Shown here: one piece after another, positions 47,329 through 60,026 of the stretch | How positions within the stretch are numbered: the first letter of the stretch is position 1 | How the letters are laid out: each line of letters begins with the position of its first letter | Source: Oopsacas minuta | Lineage: Eukaryota; Animalia; Porifera | DNA: 64,000 nt | Assembly (NCBI GenBank): GCA_024704765.1 | Contig: JAKMXF010000345.1 | Coordinates: 124,001 to 188,000 of the forward strand | Direction: 5' to 3' | Translations under genes and position numbers: made by a program | Notes under the pieces: model-generated | What the model was told of the DNA's origin: nothing | Databases searched by the model: none | The model's input: only the letters and a program-made list of their open reading frames with translations

Positions 47329-48307
47329 TGCCATCTTTCAGACCTATAATATATATTTGTAAAAACTCGTTGTTTGTGTGTACTTTACGACTTTTCTTTA
47401 TTTCTTCTGTTTAGACTTTTTAGCTTTGTACACAAACTTGTACTTTGCTTATTAATATATAGAATGACTCTGATAGCAGATTTTCACAAAATTGTGTGTT
47501 GACTTTTTGAGTGTATATTCTTGTATTTTCACTGTAAGCAAGCTTTATTCATGTTATGGATCTGTTTTATTTATTATTAGATTTACAGTAAAGAGGGCTA
47601 TCGAAATTTATGTTACGTATGTGCTTATTATTTAACAATGGATGGTGGGTTTTGTTAATTATTTTCTTGTATGTTGTTCTAGGTCATTTTGAGACAGTCC
47701 TCGCTTGGTTAATACGTACAGGGAAATATGTATTTTAAGTTATATTAAATCCGCCATCCATGGTACAATTACGAATAATCACAGAGGGGATAATTCTCGC
47801 CAGAATAACCTGAAATTTGAATACCGTAAACTGGGGCTACTTTGGTCCACTGGGTTGTTTAACCCAAATATTAAAGTTTCAAAGAAACTAGATTAGATTC
47901 AGTATTATACTTGAAAATGACTTGCAAATTTTTAACGAATTTTCAAATATCGGTAGACAACTCGAATACAAATACAATATCTATTCGATACGTAAGCAAA
48001 TTTCAATATTTGGGCCAAAGTAGCCCCAGTTTACGGTAGTAGAGTTGCTCGATGCACTATTAAGTAGACAACTAAATATTCTATGGCCACAATGGCTTGT
48101 AAACTAATCGGAAAATGCAATTGTTATCATCACATAAATATGTCTTGAAATCAACATGCCTAATGTAGTATATGGTTACCATGCATACGTATCCAATTTG
48201 ACTTAATGTTATCATATCAATTCATTAATCTTAACCATTGGCTTACATATATACATGTATACAAGTAAATTGTAGATAGTTGTTTTGGAGAGTATAGTTG
48301 ATTTTCG

Positions 48308-51300
48308 ATGTCTTTGCTGACTATTGAGCGGCCTACTTCAGCCGCAAGTTCAATTGAACAAGTGCAGGTAAGAATTTATTTGTTTTTATTAATTTGACTC
48401 TGGTTAATCGGGTTGCTTATGTCCAGAAACAGGGGTCGTGTAATAATACAGTGGAAACTCGTTAATACGAACACCAATGGACTGTCAAAATGTGTTTGCT
48501 TTATCCAGAGTAATACTGGTTGAAAACAATTGTGAGAACTTGATTTCATGTAAATATTTGTTCATCTTATTCGGAAACACGGTTAATTCGAATCTTAAGA
48601 CGGACAAATATTTACGAAATCATGAATTTGACCGATTTTGAGATCCTGTGGACTCCAGGTTGGGAACCGGTGTTATAATGCATACAAGGAATCGAAACCC
48701 TTACATAATCCACGAGAGAGCTACTACGTTAATATTTCTACAATATAGGACGAGACAGATTCAGATACAGTATCTCAATCTAGTTATGATGGTTTCTATG
48801 CTAATAAACATTTAGCCCTGGCTATTCCTCATATGGTTAGGAGAGTTAGTATTGTAAGCACAAACAGCTATAATATTATTGGTGAGTTTTTGATTTTACT
48901 TGAGGCCACTTTTGGTTGAAAAACTTGGAAACTTGTTTCAGCTCCACCGCCCGAATCAAGTTTACCTGCCGTATGAATATTGTCATTATTTCACCATTTT
49001 ATCAGTGGAATACACTACACACAATATATTTACTAACTAGCAGGTGAATAGTAGTGATTTTATCTTCACAGACCGCCTTTAATACGTTTAATAGAAGTAC
49101 ATAACTTAATGAGATAATTCTTATGAAATGCCGTGTGGAGCTGAAACAAGTTTCTCATTAACAGGGGTCTGATTGGAAGAAAATATTGTATTTCCTAGGA
49201 TAGTAGCCTCCCCATGAACGCGGTTAAATGGGATTCTCCATTCAATGAAATTTCCAATACAAATACGCATATGTATAACTTTGTATTGTCATAATGATGA
49301 TAATAGCATTACATTGTATGATACACTCATCCATCGGCGCTATCCTTAAATATATGCTGTCCATATTCTGGTTTCACTGATTAATTTAAGTCTTCTACAA
49401 ATGCGTAGTTTGCTAATATTATAATTCTTCAATACGGTCACGATGATACTATCCAGATCTTGTATAGGCAATTACGTAAATTCTGTAAACCAACATCCAT
49501 CTCTGGTTACACCGAAGCTCAAGGGACCGCGTTAATTACTTCGATATAACCAATGAAGTTATGTTCTTTGGCTGTTTGGGACCATATTTATACACAAAAT
49601 GTACAGTTTTAGACTTGATATAAGCGGGAATGTTGATTTATCGTGTTCGCAAAAACCAGAGTTGACTTTATCAACTACTTCTAATATGCGAATTGACACT
49701 AAAATGTGTGATGTTGAGCCAATTGGGCAAACTGACACATTCCCCTCCCCCAAAAGATCTCCGATCCCCACGAATATCTTACAAGGCACCTTAGTTACCA
49801 GAAAATATGCACTTTTCAAGCACATTGCAAATCAAATCGCTACATCAAGCTAACAATACAATATTATATCATTGGCATAACACATTCATAGTACAATTCT
49901 ATGGTATATTACTGTATCACTATAAAAAGGAGAATTTCTTTCGAAAACTAACTGAGCTTTGAAATAATTTTCCAAACACAAAAACAATTTTTACTCTTTT
50001 GTAATTTTCTGATTTAAAATGGGTGTTCTATCAAGAAGAACTCGTTTATTGTTACTTGGAGGTAACTCAAGAATTGCAAGTAAAAGTAAGACATTTTGTT
50101 GTTGTTTATTTGTGTACTTTTTGCAGGGAAATTATGCAAATTGGAGTATAGAAATCCAAAATCGAGCCGATCAAACAAATATAGAACTGTACTATGATGA
50201 AAATATTTTTTTTGGATTTTCACTTTTCTATGAACAGTAAAATTCTTATTTTTGCAAATTTCCTTGTACAGAAAACCTCCAAAAGATGAACACCTTGTCT
50301 CGGTCCCAAATGTTTTCCATTGTTACGCACAATGTCATGAAAAGTAAACACCTCTCGTATGTGAACATTTTAGCTGGTCCCCAGAGTATTCCTTTACTTA
50401 AGGTTTGACTGTATCTCAATTCTCCAATACACGTAATTTGAATAAAACCATCTATATGCACTTATCAACAGTCAAATTGACCGAATATTTTAATGTAATT
50501 TCCCATTTAATTAAGAATCCAATAAGTATTTCTTTATGACGACGATTTGTCTGCACTCATATTGTTGTGGTTATATGTTTACATCATTTATAATTCTCAA
50601 TGACTTTCATCATATGGTGATGAGAGTATATTTGTTTATTAATTAGCACATATAATATCACGCATTTGTCCGTAATATCGTATTCTGAACAACACTTTAC
50701 TGAAACCTTACTTTCCAACTGTCTGTCCCGATTATTAGTTTAACACATTCTGTGAACGCCTGCTGTCGTCCGTGGACCACCAATGGTCCATAGACCCCAG
50801 GTTGGGAACCACTGGCTACAGTGAAACCTCCACAAACACGGAATCTGGTGAAACGGGAAAGGGATAGCATTTTGCACCCGCTAATATTCCTACATTTTTT
50901 CTCCATCAATGCAAAGTATGCCAGTGACTATATGCAATACATGTAATTACACTGATATATTTGTTGGATAATTCTCAATAAATATTAATTAGCATGTAGT
51001 GTATTACCATGTACAGATCTCGGTGTAATCAGGTGCTGGTATTAACAGTTTCATTTACAGTTGGTATCATATACAGCTGTTATCATCGATATATTGGATT
51101 CGCGATAATACCGAATACCAAATTTATGTGTATTTGACAGTAGCATATTCTTACTAAATACCACAATTTAAGTTTTCATATGATACTAATCTATCTGGCT
51201 TGACCTTTCTATGCAAACATATGTAACATATTTTCATAGAATACACTGGTTCCCAACCAAACCCTTACGTATATACAGTAGAACTCGGATAAGACGTACC

Positions 51301-54300
51301 CCCTCGGGAAACAGAAATTAGTACGACTTAACCGAGTGTACGTCTTATCCGAATATGTTTGCATTACAAATAATGATGACTTATATTTGGGGATATAAGA
51401 AATAGTACGTCTTAAGCCGAGTTCTACTGTACCACTAAAACAGCTCTTACAGTATTTGAAAGTTGGATTATTTAATTCATTCTAAGTCTATTGTTTATAA
51501 TAAAAATTGCTTATTGATAGTATTGAATATTAATTATTTGTGGTGCTAATTGAGCTCAATATGCCATGTCTGGTCTCTTTCAAGTGCCATATATGTATTT
51601 TCATGATAAGACGAATATTAATGTAATTATAGTTACGATTGTACAGTTCTTTTGATAACGATTATAACAGTAGTGCCATATGCGAATATTTGCAATAACT
51701 TGTTATTCGTATTTGTGAAATAATTCAGCAAATATTGAGACTGAGCAATATTATGTGGACCATTTTTGGTTGACATGACGTGATCTTTGCTCACCCAGAC
51801 TCCTATGGTTTGGGTCGTAGTCCAATCTATAAGAAATATTATTGATAATCAGTTCTTATGTATGAAGCTTGTTACTGGTATTATAACTTCCATATACGGA
51901 TATTTTGAGAATATGATAGCACAGTAAAAACTCGTTTTTCTAATGCAATGCCATCAATTGGCAGGCATTCATATGTTTAGTTATAATATTGTAATATATA
52001 TTTTGCATTTTCTAATAGAATTACTATCCCACGTGCTTAATTAGCTAATTTGCAATGATATATTATGTTTAGCTTAATATTGACCAAAATAGCACTAAAA
52101 ATTCTGAAATTTGTAATATAATGCGATTTCTACTAATAATCATTTGATAATTCTTGTTATACTTTTTATCACAAGTCTGAACTAACTGATAAGTTTGTAA
52201 TAACAACAGATATATCATGGCAAAATATAGTTTACACATTTTTACTTATTTGGCTATTTGTCATATCTGCAAGCATACGCACCGCAATTAACACAGATTT
52301 AATATACGTAATTTCTACTAAATTCATAGTTTCACTTTCAATACAGGATTGTGCTAGTTTTGAGACTTTTTGCATATTTCAGTTCTTGTACAGTTAAACA
52401 GGGTTTTAGCTGCTGTTTGCTCTGAATTTTCATGGCAATTGTTTTTCAATTTTTGAAGACACAAAAGATTTTGGAAAAGTATTATCCTAATTAAAGGTCA
52501 AATGTGACGTAAATTTCAACAGAATTCTTCTAGAGGGTGGCGACGAATTGTTATCGCCATTTTTGCGTTTTCTAGACCCCTGTGCGTATTCAGGGAAATA
52601 CTGTATTCACTGAGCGACCATTAAAATGCTATTAAGATTGTCTTTAACAATTCCAAAGCCGTAAATAAGGGAAAAGGGTTTCAAAACAAATTTCCTTATA
52701 TGGGAATTTATGTCTCGAATTTTTTCTATAAAAATGCTATTATTAAGCGGAAAGGGGTTTGTTTATGATGAATATTTGCCGGTTTTTAATGAAGAAAAGT
52801 TATATTTTCAATTTCTCCTATTTACATTTGAGTTATCAACATTCATTCTCTACAGGAGATTTACAACATCATTTACACCAGTTGATGTCTATTATGCGGC
52901 CGAGAGAGAGAATTGATATGGTAAGTTGTTTGTATTTATTGACAACCATTTTCTGATATATTATTACTTGTTTCGCCAACTTGAACGTGAGTTACATAAT
53001 ATCAAGGAAAAACACGATTAAAATTCAGTGTAACCTCCACAAACGGGGAATTTGGCAGAAACGCGGTAGCATTTTCGGCGTCTCTGGCACCCTGTTTGTG
53101 GAAGTCACACTGCATATTATATCCAATTAGCGTATTTATTATTAACTTAAATTCGCTTACATATTTTGCTCATGCCTGATGGGCGAATCAATACATTATG
53201 TAGGCAACTGAAAACTCTCAATAATATTGTCTACGTATTCTACGTATGATCTTATGATTATTCATGTATTGTGATTCTTATCTACTCGCTACTAGAAATG
53301 CTTTTTATTCTTGGAAACTGTATTTCTTGTTTGTATGTGGATTTATTGCCTATGAGGTCAAATTTTTGGCATCGTCATTATTGATTAAGTTGTAGTTTTA
53401 CTAGCTTTTGGGTAGCTAATTGGCCTCGTTAATACAACACAGTTAATACGAATCTCTGGATAAGAAGAACAAATACTGGCACATAATCAGTTCCCTAGAG
53501 TGGAAATCCAATTGGCATTACTCCGGATAAAGCGAACAGATCTTGACCGTTCGTTAGCGTTCGTATTCGTCAATAGTTAGGAATGCTTCCCTGTTTCTGT
53601 CAAATCCCCCGTTTACAGAAGTTACACTGTAGGATAATTACAAATTTGCTTTTAGGTAGTAGCATTAGAACAAGCTAATCCTAGTAAAACCAAATACTTG
53701 ATATTAGTAACAGCATATGGTAATGAAGATACAGAGGAGAGCTGTTTGCTTGGGACTGAATCTGTGAATCAAGAGTAAGTCTATTCATAGTTAACAGTAG
53801 CCGCCGAACTTTCTAACTTGAACGATCCGGCGGGGCTCGCACATATATTTTGTACTTGCTCTATCAATTGGTACCTGTGTATTCTATAGGTTCAGAATTG
53901 TATTGGTAATCCCTCTATGGAAGAATACTGTATTAAAATATTTTGGAGACGGGTAAGTGATAATGTATAAGTACAGTGCTGTTCGCCTAATAGCAAGCTT
54001 TTTCAGAGATATTTTGTATTGGAGTCTTTACACACTATAGCTACTCCGCTTATAGCTAAATGAAACAGGGGCCCAGAGCACCTCGTTATATCGAGAGTTC
54101 TCTGTAAATTCCTCTAAAGCAATTTTGCGTATAGCAAGTGAAATTAGTGCAAAATACGACTTGAAAATAGGCGAACTCTACTGTATTCTACCATCCGAAA
54201 ATTTTATTCATTTACGCTATTTTTAGAGGATTTAAATTGACATCAGGGTATGATGCTTATGTATTCAAGACGTCATCAGTGCCTTGTATGTGGGCAGCAT

Positions 54301-57300
54301 CTAATGCTATATGTACAGCAGTAGAGAATGCTAGAGATCTCAATTATTATTCTGGAGGCACAAGTCATACGTGGGTTCCTTATTATAAAGACAAATTAAC
54401 TGATAATAGACAGAGCTTACATGAATGGTAAGTTGAAGTTTGTCGGTCAAATATGTTGGTGCACTTGTTCCAAGCCCTGAATTGGCCAAGCAGTGTTGCT
54501 AGGTGATGTGATCCCAAAGTTCATGCCAAGTCCTTGAAAGTTCATTCCAAGGTTCATAGTTCATACCACAAGTCAAAAGTTCATATCTCCTGCCAAATCT
54601 AAAAAACGCGTCCATGATATCACATTACTGTGGCGAAGTGACCTTATTTATTCAATTAGCCCAGGGGTGAGCATTATTTCTACAAATTTCAGTACCAATT
54701 GCATAATCGTTAGAGTTATTATTGGATAGGAATTGTTACTTATTTTCTTTCAACTTTGGACCTTACATGATCATAATTTCATGAATAACTACACTTCCCC
54801 CACAATCTAACATATTCGATTACAACCTTGTAATTGTAATTGGCTTTTGATAATATAATGTGTGTGTTTTGTGAAGGTATATGATGGATGAAGTGACGTC
54901 ATTTTTCAGGCCAGATTCTCCTATCTTCTCAATAGAAGAAGAGTAAGTAATTTGTGACTTTTAAAATTTGATTATTTCCCCTAATAACTACAGCCAACTC
55001 CCGGTTATATCGAAGCTCAAGAGACCGCAATACTTGCTTCCACATAACCAATGGAATATATGTTACTTTAAAGGTTTGAGACCACATTTGTACAATTTAA
55101 GACTTCGATATAAGCGGGTATTTCTATATATCCGTATTCTATATAACGGGAGATTACTGTATTTATGTTCATATGTATTTTAGTCCAATTGATGACGAAA
55201 CAACTTTTAAGCGTGCGTTGATATCCCAGCTTAGAGAGGTATGTGAATTGATAATTATCTTTTTTGGGTGTTATTGTTTATATATTCTCGTTGCCTTTAT
55301 AGAATATGAGTCATACAGATTTAGAAAATGTTACAAGTCGTGATGTAAGTACTTACCTTCACATTTAAAAATTTAATTATAATTTCCGCGTTTTTTTTGC
55401 GATTTTTTCTGATTTTTTATCGATAAAATTTTGAGTTTTTATAGTGAAATTTTACATGTTTTTGATCGTTAATTTTTCCACTTTTTATTGTGAATTTTTC
55501 TATTTTTAGTTAAGATTACAGTTAGAAGCTCAGTTCAATCGTCCACTCAAGAGTTACCTTAGTTTCCTAGATGAACAGATGCTATTCATATTTGGACAAA
55601 TGAAGAAACCATCTGAAATATTATCTTTCTTATATCTGGTGGGTTTATGCATAAATTCTGTGAATAACGTAACAGCAAAAATTGCGATTTAATTTCGCTT
55701 TTCAATATTTATTTTAGTTGTTTATGATAATACAAGTTTATTGTAATTTTCTTTAGGGTTCCGAATGGAATGCTTCAAATCTATCTGAACTAAGACAATT
55801 AGGGTCAGTTTCTTATATGCTATTTACTACAATCTCCTCTATATTACACCCAGGTCGTGTCCAGAAAAATTGTCCTGGGTATCAAATTTGGTATGACAGT
55901 CCTCTGGTATACCAGGGCCAGCGCCGTACCATAATTTCAAAGCCGGGGTAAATGTTCCTTTGTCCGCCCCTAGGACGCCCCTTATAGCATGTATGTAATA
56001 TTGAATAATCCCACTTTATATGCTTCAATTCATTTATAGGGTTGGTTATATCATCAATATCTCAAGAGAAGTTGATAACTTTTTCCCAGATACTTTCAAG
56101 TATTTACCTATCAGGTAAGAACCTTGGATATTGTCAATAAATAATATGACGTCACTCAAAATGATTTGCAAATTTGACTACTTTGTAATCTCCCAAACGG
56201 CGGGCCTCGGACGTCGAAAATATTTCCCAGTTTGTGGAGGTTCATTTGTATGGGACTAGGAATTCGGCTTGTTTTTCACTCCGTTTCCAGAAGTTCCCGT
56301 TTCCAACCGGCCCCATTTGTGAAGATTACACTGTATCTAATCATTTATTCATAGAGTATACGATCAAGAGACTTCGGATCTTATGCGACACTGGGAGAGT
56401 ACTTTCAAATTTATAAGTGAAGCAAGGTTAGTACATTCAATTCTACATTGTAGTTCATGGAAAATTGTTTATTTATTTTCTAATTTGTGTAGAGATAATA
56501 ACAGTAAAGTATTGGTACATTGTAAGATGGGAGTAAGCAGATCTGCATCAACAGTGAGTATTTGTTTGATAATTATAAATACACCTATGCTAGCTGGGGT
56601 GAATAAAATAGCAAAATTGTCAGATAGGGAGGTAGTATCTGATGATCAATATATGTCCGAAATTGCGACTTCTCAGCCAAAACAGCAACCAAGTATGCTT
56701 ATAGAAATAGCTCATTGGAATTTCTCCAGGGTCCAAATATCATACATTGCAGTATTTACTTGCTAATGAGACGAATCACAATGATTACTTCTAAATTAAT
56801 AGATTTTTAACATTTTTGTCATTCATAGGTAATCGCGTTTCTAATGAAAGAACTCAATATGAGTTTAGAGAGTGGAATAAGCCACGTAAAAGAACGACGT
56901 AACTGTATTAAACCGAATAAAGGATTTCTGGAACAATTGAAAACATATGAAGGCATTTTGAATGCAAGGTAGTGCAGATTAGTAAATCTGACATTTATGT
57001 TAACGAATTAAATGGTCGTATTACATAGGGCAATCCTTACGTATTGAATTATAATGAAAACTTTCAAAGCTAAATTGATTACTTTGTTAAGTCTTTTTTG
57101 CTCAGAAATTTCATGAAAACTTAGAGCAATTTTGAGCACATTTTTGTGTGATAACAATGATATTTTTAGAAATAATTCCTATTAATATTTTCATTAGTAC
57201 AAAATTAACTAAAATGGTGAATATGTTAAGAAATTGATTATTACTATATATGGGCATTTTACGCTTATAAAACAGATTACATCATCTCTATTAACTTCTA

Positions 57301-59127
57301 ATATAGTGTTGTATACACGTTTAGTTTTTTATCAATTTGAATTTCTATTACTTGATTATTAATACAGTGAAACCTGTGGAAACAGCGAACTTCTTGAAAC
57401 TGAGTGAAAAATAATTCTTAGTCCCATTCAAATGAACCTCCACGAACGTGGATAAGGGCAGAAATGGGTAGCATTATTCAGAGGTTGCATTTTATATAAA
57501 TTCTTGTGATTAGACATAAAACCTTCTGGTCTGCAAAGATAGAAAAGAAATCCCATTTACTCCGCTGTCGTTCAGAAACTAGTTTAATACAAGATATCCA
57601 TTTCCCAAAGCAAGCACCAGAACTCTGTCTATCATATTCAACTTCAAATTTAACACCAAAATCATGGCGTAATGAATTGAATACTGAACAAATCTCAGCG
57701 AATGATTCTCAAACTACAAGTGATATTGAGCCTTTTGATTCTTCTGATACAGGATCTCCTGTGAGTTCTTCTCCGATGTCACAGCCTGATGAAACTCTGT
57801 TACAGGTAAATTATAATCCTCATTGTCAGATCCTGGGAATTCAAATTTTCCCCTGCATAAGACTTAAAGTCTCGGCGGGAGTATGACCACTTGTAATAAT
57901 TTCCTGAGATTTTATTTGCCAAATATCTAAATTAAAATTTGCAAATATTTCTTGTAAATTACCGAGATAATCCAGGGATCCTTGGGAGGGATGCAAGGAT
58001 CAAAATGACAATTTTTGACTAATATTTATTCGTAGATGATGTCAGAAGGTAGTGATCTTCCAATAACTCAACTCTCCTCTGATATTGCACAAGCTAAACG
58101 TGAAAAAATGGAAAGAGAAAATCAACAAAAAACAAAACATTTAACCATATGCGACATAAATGTATCAGAAAAATCTGCATTCCAACCGGTTGCTAAGCGA
58201 CAGAAAATATCCACCAGTTTGAAAACTAGGCCAAAATCAGCTGTTTCAAGTTCATCATACAAATCACAATCTTTGGACGGAAACTTTGCGTATTACCTTG
58301 AATTGCCTAGATCCATGCCAAATTCACCTGGCTTGAAAAAGGCCAATCGAATGTCAATATCACCAACCAAATTATCTCCACTTTTAGAAACGAGCTATAC
58401 AAATACGTCAATTTTACGACCGCATTCTGCGCCGAAAAGTAACAGTGAAAACCGACCGACAAGCGAAGTTCTAGAACGAACACTATCAACGCCAGACTTA
58501 TGCGAATTAAGTGGAACGAAACGTCACACAATTACCGAATCGATTTCTCCAAATGATTCCGTACAGTTGCATGTACAAAACTTTGAATCACTTTCCCTAC
58601 AGAATATACGTACAGCTTGCGACTCGTTGAGCTCATCACCACCATTAAACGATTACTCAATTGACCTACATGGATCTTCTTGGAGTAAAGAAAGACATTC
58701 AGTCTCAATTGAGAATTTAAGTTCACATTCCTCGCATCAGCTGGGTAGCAACAAATCACGGATTGGTTTGAATAAAAACTCAAACAATGCGAACCATCTT
58801 TCGCCATCATTAAGAAACACTGATAACGAACGGCTAATTGAAAATGTACAAGCATATATACAGAGACTAGAATCAATGGAAAAAGACCGAGATGAAGTAC
58901 TAGCAAGTTCGCCACGTAAAATGCCTTGTACATTGCCTGAACAGGAAAATACAGTTAGTGCTATGAAGAAAATATTTGAGAAGGATGATGACATTGAAAA
59001 ATTCGAGGATCAAATAGAATTTCTGAATTCAAACTCGAATAATAATAATAATAATAATAATACTACCATGGACACAGAATTTATGATTTTTCCGTATATT
59101 ATGGAGAGCCAAGAAACAGATTGTTAG
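48308..59127 (+). CDS. SSH: Slingshot (SSH) cofilin phosphatase, dual-specificity phosphatase, multi-exon
   Basis: Exon 1 (48308-48367) MSLLTIERPTSAASS, exon 2 48749-48881. 52856-52920 GDLQHHLHQLMSIMRP; about 53657 DTEESCLLG; about 54227 FKTSSVPCMWAA...HTWVPYY. DSP motif VLVHCKMGVSRSAST near 56510, IKPNKGFLEQLKTYEGILNA near 56910. Long Ser-rich last exon 58036-59127. Confidence 0.9.
48930..49165. mobile_element. MITE with (TAATGA)GAAACTTGTTTCAGCTCCAC inverted ends
   Basis: Inverted termini here. The same terminus also occurs at about 4645, 21706 and 22494. Confidence 0.6.
51276..51429. mobile_element. pogo/Tigger-like MITE, about 24-bp TIRs CAGTAGAACTCGG..TAAGACGTAC, TA target duplication
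   Basis: TA|CAGTAGAACTCGGATAAGACGTAC ... GTACGTCTTAAGCCGAGTTCTACTG|TA. Confidence 0.85.
54990..55160. mobile_element. Tigger-like MITE family (...ATATCGAAGCTCAAG(G/A)GACCGC...GACTTCGATATA...)
   Basis: Related copies at about 7250-7400, 16030-16170, 34879-35020, 45040-45160 and 49510-49630. Confidence 0.6.
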
Positions 59128-60026
59128 CAACTTTCAATGCATAATTGCACACAATTAAACTGTGAAACCAAGCTTTAATACATATTTTTTAGTTGAAATT
59201 CAATGCACAAACACTGCATTTTAGCTGTATATATAATAATTATTGTCACACTAATATATATCAACATTGTACTTTAAAATTACACATTACGTTTATATGC
59301 ATATATGATAGATGAACATTTGAATGCCAACTAGTAAGAATTATTTATCATTGATTTGATGGTCATATTGATGGAAAGATCTGCTATTAAATTCATTTAT
59401 TTATTAACATATATTCTTTATGTTAAGGCTATGGGGTAATTGAGAGATGTTTGTGCAGGGCAGTTTTCAACTGTTAACTGGAGTGCTGAGTCCACTGTAT
59501 TTACGTATCACGATTTGACACGAAATGTACCATGGATAAATGGATCAGGAACACATTGGAGTATGCCTTGCAAACGTTCTGTTCAGTGTGTTCGCTTTGT
59601 GCTATCTACTCTATCTTATTCAAAATGTAGATTCCCGATAGGCAAAGATATTGCCTACAAATGTGAATGCAATTCTTTTTACAGTAACTTGCACGAAAGT
59701 GGTGGGAGGGACGCCGAAAATGCTACCACGTTAACCGTTATTGCCAAATTCCCCGCTTGGTGGAGGTTCATTTGTATGAAACTAGGAATTCATTTTATTT
59801 ATTTTCACTCCGTTCCCGATTCCACCGCTCATTTGTGGAGGTTATACTGGAATGATATTATGAAAAATTCGGATTTCTAGTTAGAATGTGGGTAGCACAA
59901 TGTTCTCGCCAAAGAATTCCAAAGACTAAACACCATCAGACATTTAATATTAAAGCAAACTAAGAAATTATACACAATATTATATACATACATATAGAGG
60001 GGTCATCTTGTGATGCAATAGTATTG

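Noticed and set aside
52140-52397. 85-codon stop-free frame with a hydrophobic stretch in SSH intron 2 (nested gene or pseudogene)
   Set aside because: No start codon and no recognisable motif. Several stop-free runs of this length are expected by chance in 64 kb across six frames.
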